From the NCBI RefSeq assembly GCF_000143415.4, contig NW_003314306.1, positions 838,897 to 902,896 of the forward strand: a DNA stretch of 64,000 bases, read 5' to 3'. A model generated the notes under the pieces. That model saw nothing but the letters and a program-made list of their open reading frames with translations, made no database searches and was not told the origin of the DNA. Within the stretch, counting starts at the first letter, position 1; each line of letters begins with the position of its first letter. Source of the stretch: Selaginella moellendorffii (taxonomy: Eukaryota; Plantae; Lycopodiophyta). Of the stretch, positions 1 through 10,700 are shown one piece after another. The translations under genes and the position numbers were made by a program.

Positions 1-298
1 AGATCGAGTGAAACGGACTCAGTACTTAGGAACACATTCATGATGTTTGTAAAGTGTTGGATTAGCTACAAGAAATTGGTTTAAAGTTGAAACGGTTCAA
101 GTGTGTGTTTGGGTCCAAAGACACGATTTATCTTAAGTACCATATTTCTCGTGAAGGTTTGCAAGTTAATCCTGACAAACTTATAACTATTCAAAAGTTT
201 CATACTCCAAAGTGTGTGAATGATGTGCAGCACTTCTTGGGCAAGATGCAATATCTCAATCATTTTGTGGATCATTTTTTTTATCACACTGCACCATT
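1..298 (+). pseudogene. Decayed Ty3/gypsy reverse transcriptase fragment (host element, left part)
   Basis: ORF 87.. KCVFGSKDTIYLKYHISREGLQVNPDKL...VQHFLGKMQYLNHFV..HTAPL resembles the RT thumb region. The reading frame resumes at 20970 (APL|RALLKSS..FIWSTNCE..FMNLKEVLTTPPVLA) once the 299-20965 insertion is removed. Confidence 0.85.
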
Positions 299-322
299 AA
301 GCTCTATTTCGTTAAAGTGGGA
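299..322 (+). repeat. Left terminal inverted repeat (24 bp)
   Basis: Exact reverse complement of 20942-20965. Confidence 0.95.
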
Positions 323-740
323 ATTGTCATTATCCCACTTGTAAAATAAGGTTTCCAAACCTTTATATAGTATATAAATATAACAAAATTCAACTGCATT
401 GAGGCACATGCCATTTTATTTTAAACAAGGAAATGTCTACTTAATCACTTCTCCTCCCCCTGCCACTGCTTCACCTCTCTCTTTTCCTTGTCATTGTCAT
501 CCAATTTCTTTCCATCTTTTTAATATTGGCTCAGTTGCTCTGAGTCTAGGTGGAGCCCAAGTCCTCATTCAATCTTTACTTTCCCCTTATTAATAAAACA
601 ACTTCGTAGACTTCCAATAACATGTTGTAACACTTCTAGTATAATGCAAATCCTCTCAAAGAATTATCTTTTAATATTAATACAATGGCATGGAACCCCA
701 TGCCATAATAAGTTACATTTTAAAATAAATATATGCCATC

Positions 741-1625
741 TCAGACTGTTATTTTTTGCCTCCAACGCCTATACAATAATCTTGGAATTTCATCACTCTC
801 CACACTATCAGGATTTAAACCCAATAGTAATGCCATCTCTTCTCTAATATGTCCACGCTCATGTTCAGTGGTCGAAGAACCCATCCGGTTGAGCAGATTA
901 TGGAGATGCGGATAGTGCTTGGCTAGACAATATACATGCCATAAATGATGACTGGTGTCTGTCCGATCAAATGGCTTCTGATATACCGTTCCATCTGCCA
1001 TTTGGTTGATTTCTGCAGCCACCTCCTGGACTGGCCGGTTCTCTATCACCATCGCTCCAAGCTGTTTTGCAAGGTCCCCCAGAACATATGGTTTCTTCTC
1101 CCTAGTTTCCATACTGCAAGAGATGGGGTGCACTGCATATGTGTGCGTGTTCGCTGCAGTTTTAATCGGCGAGTCATCGATGATGAGGATTTCACTTGAC
1201 CTAACAGTCCGGTTCATCACTACAGCCTCTGGCTTGACGAAGATGGGCTTGCTACCCCTCACATGGACCATAGTCAAGCAATCCTCCTGCGTTAGGAGAA
1301 AGTCAAATGGTAATATTACTCGCGTCTGATCATGCATCATCTGTAGTAACGTTAATGCATTGTGGCGCATCATGGATGTCCAAACTCCCAATTGCAAATT
1401 GAACCCGGCCCTCTGTTTTAAGTGTCGCATGGTCATTATTAGATCCCACAGTTTCTCCCGTGTGATTAATGTGAATCTGTCTCTTTTGACCAACTTGCGA
1501 CCGCAGGCTTTGGAGGGTGCAGTGACATTCGAGGACGAGCCACGCTCATGGGAGAAAAGGACACCGTTTAGATAAAAAATGATACAGTACCTTCGCCGTG
1601 ACTTTGAAATGAAATGCGTCAGCAT
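741..1625 (-). CDS. FCP1/NIF-type HAD phosphatase-like domain (C-terminal part of cargo gene)
   Basis: Motifs CIIFYLNGVLF (DLNG-type motif with D>Y), LGVWTSM, FLLTQEDC, KPIFVK and ILIIDDSPIKTAAN occur in the order of FCP1-homology domains. Confidence 0.7.
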   Translation of the reverse strand: MLTHFISKSRRRYCIIFYLNGVLFSHERGSSSNVTAPSKACGRKLVKRDRFTLITREKLWDLIMTMRHLKQRAGFNLQLGVWTSMMRHNALTLLQMMHDQTRVILPFDFLLTQEDCLTMVHVRGSKPIFVKPEAVVMNRTVRSSEILIIDDSPIKTAANTHTYAVHPISCSMETREKKPYVLGDLAKQLGAMVIENRPVQEVAAEINQMADGTVYQKPFDRTDTSHHLWHVYCLAKHYPHLHNLLNRMGSSTTEHERGHIREEMALLLGLNPDSVESDEIPRLLYRRWRQKITV

Positions 1626-4600
1626 AAAAAATGGTACAAGTCAACTTTACCATCTACAATATTAGCGAATGGTGCTCCCGATGGTCGTTGAGAGGGTTTT
1701 GGTCGAGGAAACGTGAAGGGCGGAAATACTCTCCTCTGCAATATGGGGTAAATCGCATCCGATGGCATGTGGGCACATGCCATTTCAGCTGTAGACTCTA
1801 GTACAACTGGCTCAACAGTGGCATGGGGTGGTTCCAATGGCGTGTGATCACACTCCATTTCAGCTGGTGCCTCCGTTGGTAAAGTGGACATGACCGAACA
1901 GGCAGCAAGGGCGGTGTAGGGAGGTTCCAACGGCGCGTAGTCAGACGATTGGGCACATGTTGAGTCCGTTGGAAATGAGGATACGACCGGCTCGGCGGCT
2001 GGGGCGGCCTCATGCGGGTCCAATGGCACCTGGTCACCGTCAGTTGGATACGTGGACAAGATTGACTCAGTGGTATGGGCAGCATCAAGTGGAGTGTGGT
2101 CAGCTTGCTTGGCATTGATATGGATAGTAGCCTCCACCAGCTCTGATGACTCTTGCAGGCAAGTAGAGTCCACTGGCGGATCCATATGCATGTCCAAATA
2201 TCTCCCTTCGATTGAGATGGTATCCTCCCGTGCTACTAAAAACAAACTCATTAGCACATTGAATCGACTATACTGTATTTACCATCAACTGCTATTAAGG
2301 AACTAGGACCAATATCACTTGGGCGCACTGCTGATTCTGAAGGATTGGACATACGTTTCGACCCTTGCTTGGCACTATCCTTCCTCGACACTAAAGGCTA
2401 GAGTTTGTATCTTAATTCAACTGAATAATCTCTACTTACCATTTGCTCTAGGACCTACATGGACAATGTTAGAAATGGTAAAAGGTTAGGAATGGATGTA
2501 CTATTATTTACCTGATGGTTTGTCTTGTATGACCTTCCTCCGCTACTCTTTGGCCACCTCAGGCTGGCCATTGTCATCATCATCGTTGTCGTCGTTATTG
2601 TGATCGTCACCATTGTGAGGACCATCCAAGTCCTCTTCGTCCTCCTCCTCTTCGTCCTCCTCCTCTTCGTCCTCCTCTTCTTTGTCCTCCTCTTTGTCCT
2701 TCTGCTCTTCCTGCTCATTATCTTTCTTTGGCTCCTCATCCCCCTCCTGCATTTCTTCCATAGGCTGCTCAGGCTAGATGGCTTGTTCTTCCAGGACCAT
2801 CTTGGGAAAATCATCTGGCCGAGTCTCCATCTCAAAATACAAGACATCCATAGCCTGTTTTAGTGCGTGACCTAGGACCGTATCCTCACCCGACTGTCTT
2901 AACATGGTTTCTACACGTTCTTGCACCCTTCGAAGACGACGAGATGAGAAAAACGTGGCCCTGACTTGAAAAGCATCACTCATCCATTGTACCTCTCCAT
3001 TGAGATTGGGGAAGGGGAGTCCGCCATAGGAATCTGAGTCAGGAGGTGGTGACTGCCTGCTTTCACTCAGCCCTTGATCTGCAATGAATGGCATGAGCAC
3101 ACATGCCATAACCGCGAGGCATTACCTATCATCTTTTCGTTGCCCTTCTTCCTTTTCGAATCAAACGCCTCTGATCCCGACGACTGTCCAACGTGCTTTC
3201 GCTTTTTATGACCACTGTTAGTTTGAGCTTGGCTGGTGCTTGCCTGTTTTGCCTTTGAAGAAGTGTCTCCTGCAAGGAATGGCATGAGACCACACGCCAT
3301 TGCAAATATAATTTGTACCTCCTTTTTTCCTATTGCTTGTCTGTTTGTCCTTCTTCGACGTGCCACCAGTGCGCTTTTCAGTCCTTGTGTCTGAATATTC
3401 ACAACGATCTATAATCAAAATGGCGTGAGGCCTCACGTGACCTTACCTTGTGCAGGTTGTGAGCTCGGCCCAACATGGGTATCTTCAACAGTAGCTGTTA
3501 ACGCCGTTTCAGCATCTGGGGGTGGCCACGCTCCTGCATACAGAGCTTGTGAGATAACATTTAAACTTAAAGTGCATACTCACCAGGTTCGCAGAGAAGA
3601 TACTGTTTTTCTTTGGCAACTATAATTATATGCTCCATTGAAGTCACCTCTTCAATGGAGTTTGTCACCGCAACACACGGGACACCCTTGAGTAGTGCGG
3701 CTCGAAAGAATAGTCCGCCGCAGTTGTACTCGACAACGCATTTGCCCTTGGAGTCGGAAGCAGGTGACCCACCCGCTATTGCGTTGAAGACCCAGCTAAG
3801 CATTTCCCATGCTGCACCTGGAGCTTTCTTTGGATTCGAAAGCTCCATAGCCGTCTTCAGTTCCTCAGGCACGGGTAAATTAACCTCCATCAGATCAATT
3901 CGATTGGCCTTGTCGAACGAAGTTGGGAAGTCACTCCAGTCCCACTCTACTACAGGACCAATAACAAGGGCGAGTGTGAAGATGCGGACATTCGTCGGTA
4001 TCTTCTTCTTAGCCATTATCCCATGGATCTCCCGCATCTCCTTGCCTTTCAACCGAGCCTTCACCTCGTTCAAGGCCTTCCAGAACTTGTGATAGGATTC
4101 GGAGTCGTAGATCATATAGTGGACTGAAGATTCCACCTCCGCAAGTCCCACCATTAAGTTAATGATGGAGCTAACTTCGTCTGCATGAGTGATCTCCTCG
4201 TTTGTGAAGTCCATCACACAAAAGATGTTCTTGACCTGCTCATCTCCGCGGGAAACGATGCTCCTCCACCTTTGATCCTCATCCAAATTCAAGTATACCC
4301 GGTAAGGTTCTCGATAGGCCTCTGCTGTGGGGTTAAGCTGTTTTTGAAGCCAGCGGTCGACATCACTCTTAATGAAATTTGGATACTGATCCAACTTCTC
4401 AGCTTTACTTTTCGTGGCATCCCGCAGCAGATCGATGAACTTGGGGGCCCCCTTCACGTACTCGTCGATGTCTTCATTTGACAAATCCAGCGCTTCCATC
4501 ATCTCTTGCGTGGTGTCGATGCTCACCCTCTCCACGGCCACTTGCTCGAAGATCCAATCCTTCAATAGCGCACGAGCTCTCAGAGTCGTGCACAAGTCCT

Positions 4601-6155
4601 CGTATGTCACAATATGGCCGGGAGTCATTTTGGTCTTGTTGAAGACTACCTCACCACGTAGAAGAGCATTAGCCACTATCAGAAGGTCGTCGTCGTCTAG
4701 AGACCGCGAGAAACGCAAGGCGTTGAGCTTCAAATCATTGGGCTTCTGGCCGTCCTCCACACCCATTGAGTTTAGCAACTCCCCGTCATGGTACCTCCTC
4801 AGCACATCTACCCATTTGTCATAAACAACTTTTGTCGCGAGTAGAATGTTATGGATGCTGAGTGTGTCATTGACCCCCAGTGTTTTCGAGAGAAGACTCG
4901 AGAATTCCTGCAATGGAAATGGCGTGAGGCCACATGCTATGCCTAATGCAACGAGGCTTACCTGCCAGGCGCTAGTTGCTAGTGCACGTCCTTGTCCTAG
5001 TTTTTGTGGCTTCTTTAGTTGAACCCAGAGCTTCCGTGTTCGTGCCAATGTCTCGTGCAGACCCGATTTGTAGCACGTTTCTTGCTTGACATTCTGCGCG
5101 TGGGAGATGTATATGATAGATCGGAGGGGCGAGTTGCCTTTTATCAGGCGGACAACTCTTGTCTTGAAGACTTTCTTCACCTCCTCACCCACCATAATAT
5201 CCACAACTATCTCTTGCATCGCCAAGCTAGAATGCTGCCCGGAGATGGCATAGAACCGGATGTTCTGATCGTCCAACACCTTCCTATTGATCAAGTCTGG
5301 AAACCTCGTCTTGCCCTTCATTGTTCGGTAGTAGGGGATCACGTCTGCGATGTCGGGTGTTACTGGACTTGCCAGCATCTTCTGCTTCAGTTTCTCCACC
5401 CACTAATCAGATACTAGCCTGTGGTTGTATTTGCTTTGGATGTCGATACGGCTCATGTTGATTGTATATACTTTGTTGGAATAGTAACAAGTACTATTAT
5501 CTGCGACGATTTTTGCTGCCTCTTCTTGCTCTTTCTACTCTTTGCGGCTCTTCTTTTTGGTGGGTGTAGTGTTCGAACCCGAGGCAATGGCATCACCGAG
5601 TAGCTTCTTTTTTGGAGGAGAGTCGGACGTCGGCTTGATCTTGACCACCCTTTTCTGCTTCGGGGTAGTTTCCAGATCGACCCCCTTCCCCTTCGCTTCG
5701 CGAACTGAAGGCACTCTCAACGGCTCAATGTTGGAATATAGTTTTTGAACATCGTCGTAGGTGAGGTTCGTGGATTCCATGTGATCTTCATAGACCCGCA
5801 GCGTCTTTGAAATTGTGGGCCTCCTGGACAACCTCTCCCTAGCTCCCTCTAGGAATTCCTCATAGCCGCTGCCCCCCTCCGGGAAGCCGCTAGGATGTGC
5901 AAGGTGGATCTTGAAGGCAGACGCTGTCTCTACCACAAGTGCCAGTCCATATTCTTGCATAGAACTGCATGGAGTGTCTGTCACTTGGATGAGGATCCCC
6001 ATGCATTCTTTTCTCCCACTATCTGTGTTGTACAGCCTCAGATCCTCGCCCTCCATCCCGAAAGTCCAATATGTGAGCTCCTCCTTCTCTGCATCCACAT
6101 TGACAGTGGCTGGAAGAAGAACGCAATTCCTCGCCTGTTCAGAAATGCACAACAA
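741..6155 (-). pseudogene. Transposon cargo gene, spliced, ~1,650 codons: ParB/Srx-like, degenerate N6/N4-MTase-like, acidic/low-complexity and FCP1-like HAD phosphatase regions
   Basis: GT-AG introns at 4908-4961, 3534-3583, 3391-3446, 3270-3318, 3079-3125, 2455-2511, 2391-2439 and 2236-2282 join ORFs 5535-6155, 3567-5399, 3218-3436, 3067-3402, 2774-3109, 2543-2761 and 1619-2257 in one frame. In-frame TAG stops lie near 5535, 5403, 2774 and 2543, and a frameshift near 1625 leads into ORF 741-1625. The start codon is not resolved. Confidence 0.75.
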
Positions 6156-7115
6156 TTAGAGCTGACAGATGAAAAGCTAGCAGCTGGAAATAACGTGAGG
6201 CCACACGCCATTCACCACTGCATCAGATGTCTTGAGGCTGCATCCTAAGATGGCGTGAGGCTACACGCCATCTGTAACCGGACTGCACTCGAGAGCCCAA
6301 TCTGTGCATGCCAATGTTGCTACTGAATGGCATGTGGCCTCATGCCATTTTCTACTTGGCCTAAAAGACTTACCATTTGATGCCGAATGGAGGCGTGACA
6401 ACCGGACTCACTGGCGAATGTGCATTGTGTGTGCAGCGGATCGTAGCAGCAAGGCTACTCTGCCACTTACAGTTGGAGAGTGGCGCTGAAATCTCCCGGG
6501 ACGCCAAGTGGGCTGCGTGTGGGTGGCGGAGTGGGCGGCGGAGTTGGCGGCGAAGTTACAAACTGGGTGTGTCTTGAAGTGGACGCCGATGCACACGAGT
6601 GCGATGCGAGCGCGAGTGTGATGCAAGCGCGAGTGGACGCCGATGCACACGAGAAACCTGTAGAGAAGTGGGAGCGCGATGCGAGCGCGAGTGTGCGAGC
6701 GCGAGTACGAAGCAAAATGCAAAACCTAACCTCACACGCGCGAAATGTCATGACGGTTGGTAATCCCGCCACGTCATCATTCCTCGGACTTGGGCGCCAC
6801 CATTAATTTCTGGATCGCCGCTGTAGCGCACGTGGTTTTGACCCTTTATCCTATGGTGATTTACCATAGGATAACACCACGAAGCGGAACCTAAACCCTC
6901 TTTGTGCCACGTGACAGATGCCATGTGTCACATACCACGTGTCCGTGCCACGTGTCCATAGGAACCCGAGGTTCAGGGCCTTGGGCCACTGAACGAAGGA
7001 ACGGTGCCAAACTCCCAAGCGTGACGCCAAGGAGTGATGGAACCGGACCACGGAGCAACTCCCGAGCATACAGCCCAAGGAGCGAAGGGACAGGAGCCCG
7101 GAGCGACTTGGAACA

Positions 7116-7774
7116 GTCCTGGAGCAACCAGCATCCCAATGCCAGGACCAGCACGCAAAACGGAGCCAAACGGAGTCTGGCGCTATTTCGGCATACCGGT
7201 GGCCTAACGTGAGGATATGGGTACTCCACCAGCTAGCATGGAATGGAACTTGGGCTTAGACCCAAGCCGGACGCAGAACAAGGACAGGCACGCAAGCGGG
7301 AGCTAGACTATGCCTCAGGTTGGTCGGCCATGCCCGACCTACCCACTATCCCTACTATACATTTGGAACCCCCCATAGCCCCCCCCCCTTGAGGAACACA
7401 CGCTTTGGGCTTTCACCCCAAGCTTCCCTTAGTATCAGGAGTTAGTCCTGGAGCAACCAGCATCCCAATGCCAGGACCAGCACGCAAAACGGAGCCAAAC
7501 GGAGTCTGGCGCTATTTCGGCATACCGGTGGCCTAACGTGAGGATATGGGTACTCCACCAGCTAGCATGGAATGGAACTTGGGCTTAGACCCAAGCCGGA
7601 CGCAGAACAAGGACAGGCACGCAAGCGGGAGCTAGACTATGCCTCAGGTTGGTCGGCCATGCCCGACCTACCCACTATCCCTACTATACATTTGGAACCC
7701 CCCATAGCCCCCCCCCCCTTGAGGAACACACGCTTTGGGCTTTCACCCCAAGCTTCCCTTAGTATCAGGAGTTA
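7116..7774. repeat. ~330-bp tandem unit x2 inside the 3' LTR
   Basis: Units GTCCTGGAGCAACC...GGAGTTA start at 7116 and 7445. Confidence 0.9.
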
Positions 7775-10700
7775 GTCTCTGGGACAAACTCAAAACTTAC
7801 TAAATATGGAATGTCCTTAGATTGCGAATTTGGACACGGGACGAACACCATTGTGTTCAGGCCGATCTCTACATTCCGTAGATATGCCAAATGAGCAAAT
7901 CTGGACACTTTCCATAAATAGCACTTGGGACCGAAAGGAGACTAACACAAAGGGCATGATAGCGAGGGTGTTTGGTAGACACGGTAAACTATCATGTAGC
8001 GATATTGAGGGACCAATCTCAATACGCGAGGGTTCTTGTCAAGCCAGTGCAAGACAGAGCAAAAGAGAACTAACAAGCCGGGCCGAGTATGCTCAGCTAA
8101 ATAGACACTTAGGAATTCCTTCCTTATGCTCATCCGGCCAAGTACAGATGCAAAGTCCAGTTTACTAACACTTGAACAAGAGGGACTAATAAAGGGTCCA
8201 GCAATACCGACCTCCTGCCATCGTGGCAGTAAGGAAAGAGTGTCCGTAAGTCACATTCGCGACACTCTCCCCCCCTTGGGGAAGATCGACGTCCTCGTCG
8301 ATGCATACTCGAGTCTAGAATACCGCCAAGGAAACAACTCCATAAAAAGTTCACGGTACTCACACTATGTGAGAAATGCACCAACTTAAATGAGTTAGGG
8401 GGTAACCTCTTTGTCTAACGCGGATGCGCTACCAACTCAGACACCTTCCGGCCGTCGCCGACAAGGAAATGACCAACGGAGTCAGCCACCCCTGCTGCTC
8501 TAGGAGTCACCCAGCTTACAAAAGTGTGATATGCCCTGCCCGCAGAGACATAGAGAGAGAAGCCAGAGGCCCCAACCCTCCTGAGCAAAGAAACCAAACC
8601 CGTCGGTAAGGTTTAGATAGACTACTGTCAACAGGCAGTTTAGAGTTGTTTACACGGTCACGCCCTTTCAACGAAATAAAGAACATCGACAGAGAGGCGG
8701 GTTATGTGACCAGTCGACAGTAGCTACCCCATGACTAGAGATTTCACCATGCACACGAAGTGCCGAAGCCAGTCTGCCTATACTGGCCCAAACTCAAAGA
8801 TCAATGGATGGACAATATCAAAGTCAGAGACAATGATATCTTAGAGATTTAATTATCAGGGAATAAAGCTTAGATTAGAACACAAAAGTATTCCAAGTAA
8901 GTTATCATCCGATAAACTAGTATTACAGTATAGGAACCACCAAGATCACTATCATTGGAAAACATAGGATGCACCATCCAACAAAATTCAATAGCAAGTA
9001 TATCATCAAGTAAACGCAATGATAAAACTTAACTACCGAAGATAGCAGACAGTAAGCCAACAACTTACGAGAGAGAACTCAAAGAACACAAAGTATCATT
9101 GACTAACAAGCACAATGCTCGCGAATGTATCACCCAAAGGAAATAACATCCAAATCTATCAAAACTAACTCGAGCAATAATCAACAGAAGAGAATGAATG
9201 TGGGAAGACCAACAAACACTCATGCCTGCTAACTATCACAAAAGCCAATCTGAATAGATCCCAGCCAACAATACCAAGGAACTCAAGTTGCCTAAGCAAG
9301 TGTTAGCAACATCCTACTGATGTCTTAAACCCAAGAGACCAATCCAGAGCAAACCACAAAGAACATGTGGTATTGCAAAAAGCCAAAAGCCATCAAAGAG
9401 AACAACCAACTATCATGAAAGATCGTCAATTAGCCCATCAATGTAGTGATGTATAATCATCGTTGAAGAAAGAATCTACCATCCCGAAGAATAGCAAATA
9501 ATTCCAAACCAACAATAATCAAGCAAAACTTGTGATAAGGACAATCAACTACCCTAGATGATAGTCAATCATCACCAATGATTGCCAGATGCAAAAACTA
9601 ACTTCAATCGAAGCTAATGAGCCAAAATGCCTTCCCCCAACAACTTCAAACAAATGGAACAATGAGCACAAAACTCAAGAACCAAAAGCTCGAAGAAGCC
9701 TATAACTAAGTCTTGCTTAATAATGATCACGAGTCTCATAGAAGCTAACTTCAATGCTAAAGAAGAAATCATGGTGCAACCCACAATATCTTCCTCAACA
9801 CATCCATAAGCCAAACTTCATAATGCCAAAGCTAATGAAGAGCATTTCTGCATCAATCCAAAAGCTAAGCATAACGAAGCTATGCTTAACAAGTGATCAT
9901 CAAACGATCCTCCATGAATCCATCTATAGCAAGACGTAACTCACTTCATAACAAGCTCAAAAAGAATCATTAATGATTGCTATATTCCGAACTCAAATCC
10001 AGCAAGGACTCAACATTCTAATATCGATCACTAACTCTTCTTCTCGTAGAGTTAGCATAGTCCACGACTAAATCACTTTTCAAGGAAAAGCTAAAGCTCA
10101 ACCCTCTACTAAATAATCTCGTCTAGAACACAACTAACTCAACTTGCCACTCAGTTCGTTTGAACGTCAACACAGTTGCTAACTAGCAAATGCACGAATG
10201 CCAACAACACAAAGCTATAGCCAAATCATCAACACTATATTCATCAAGACTAATGAAACTCAATATCAATCCTTGGAAGGATATCTCATTTCACTCAGAT
10301 CTCAATATCAGCAATGTCAATGACAAAGCATCACTTCAATGCCATCAACACCAAAACAAAGCTAGAAGAAAGTATGAGTGAATCACCACTCGGAGCTTTC
10401 CAGCAACCAAGCTAACCAAGGTCGAAGATACTTTAATTAGTAACCGAGACCAATCCTTTAGCAAAACCCAGTTACAGATTACACTTCCTCAAGGAGTGAG
10501 TCACCACATCCAAGACTCAATGAAATCCAACACCACGAACTAAATGCAACCAAATGATATCGACAGAGATAGAGTCGACATGTCAACATGGAAAAACCAT
10601 GTAAGTCTAACGACATGATCCTCCGCAACACCATCCGGTAAAGCAAGCCCATCACTGCTAAATCATCATCGAGCAAAGCAAGTGTCAAAAGTCCTTGACA

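Noticed and set aside
2455-2863. Membrane protein (2525-2863 +) or basic protein (2455-2847 -)
   Set aside because: These are alternative frames of the acidic GAR/GAY-rich exon of the cargo gene.
6851-8609. Short ORFs in the LTRs, repeated at 13296-14929
   Set aside because: They are duplicated only because the LTRs are, and show no recognisable domains.
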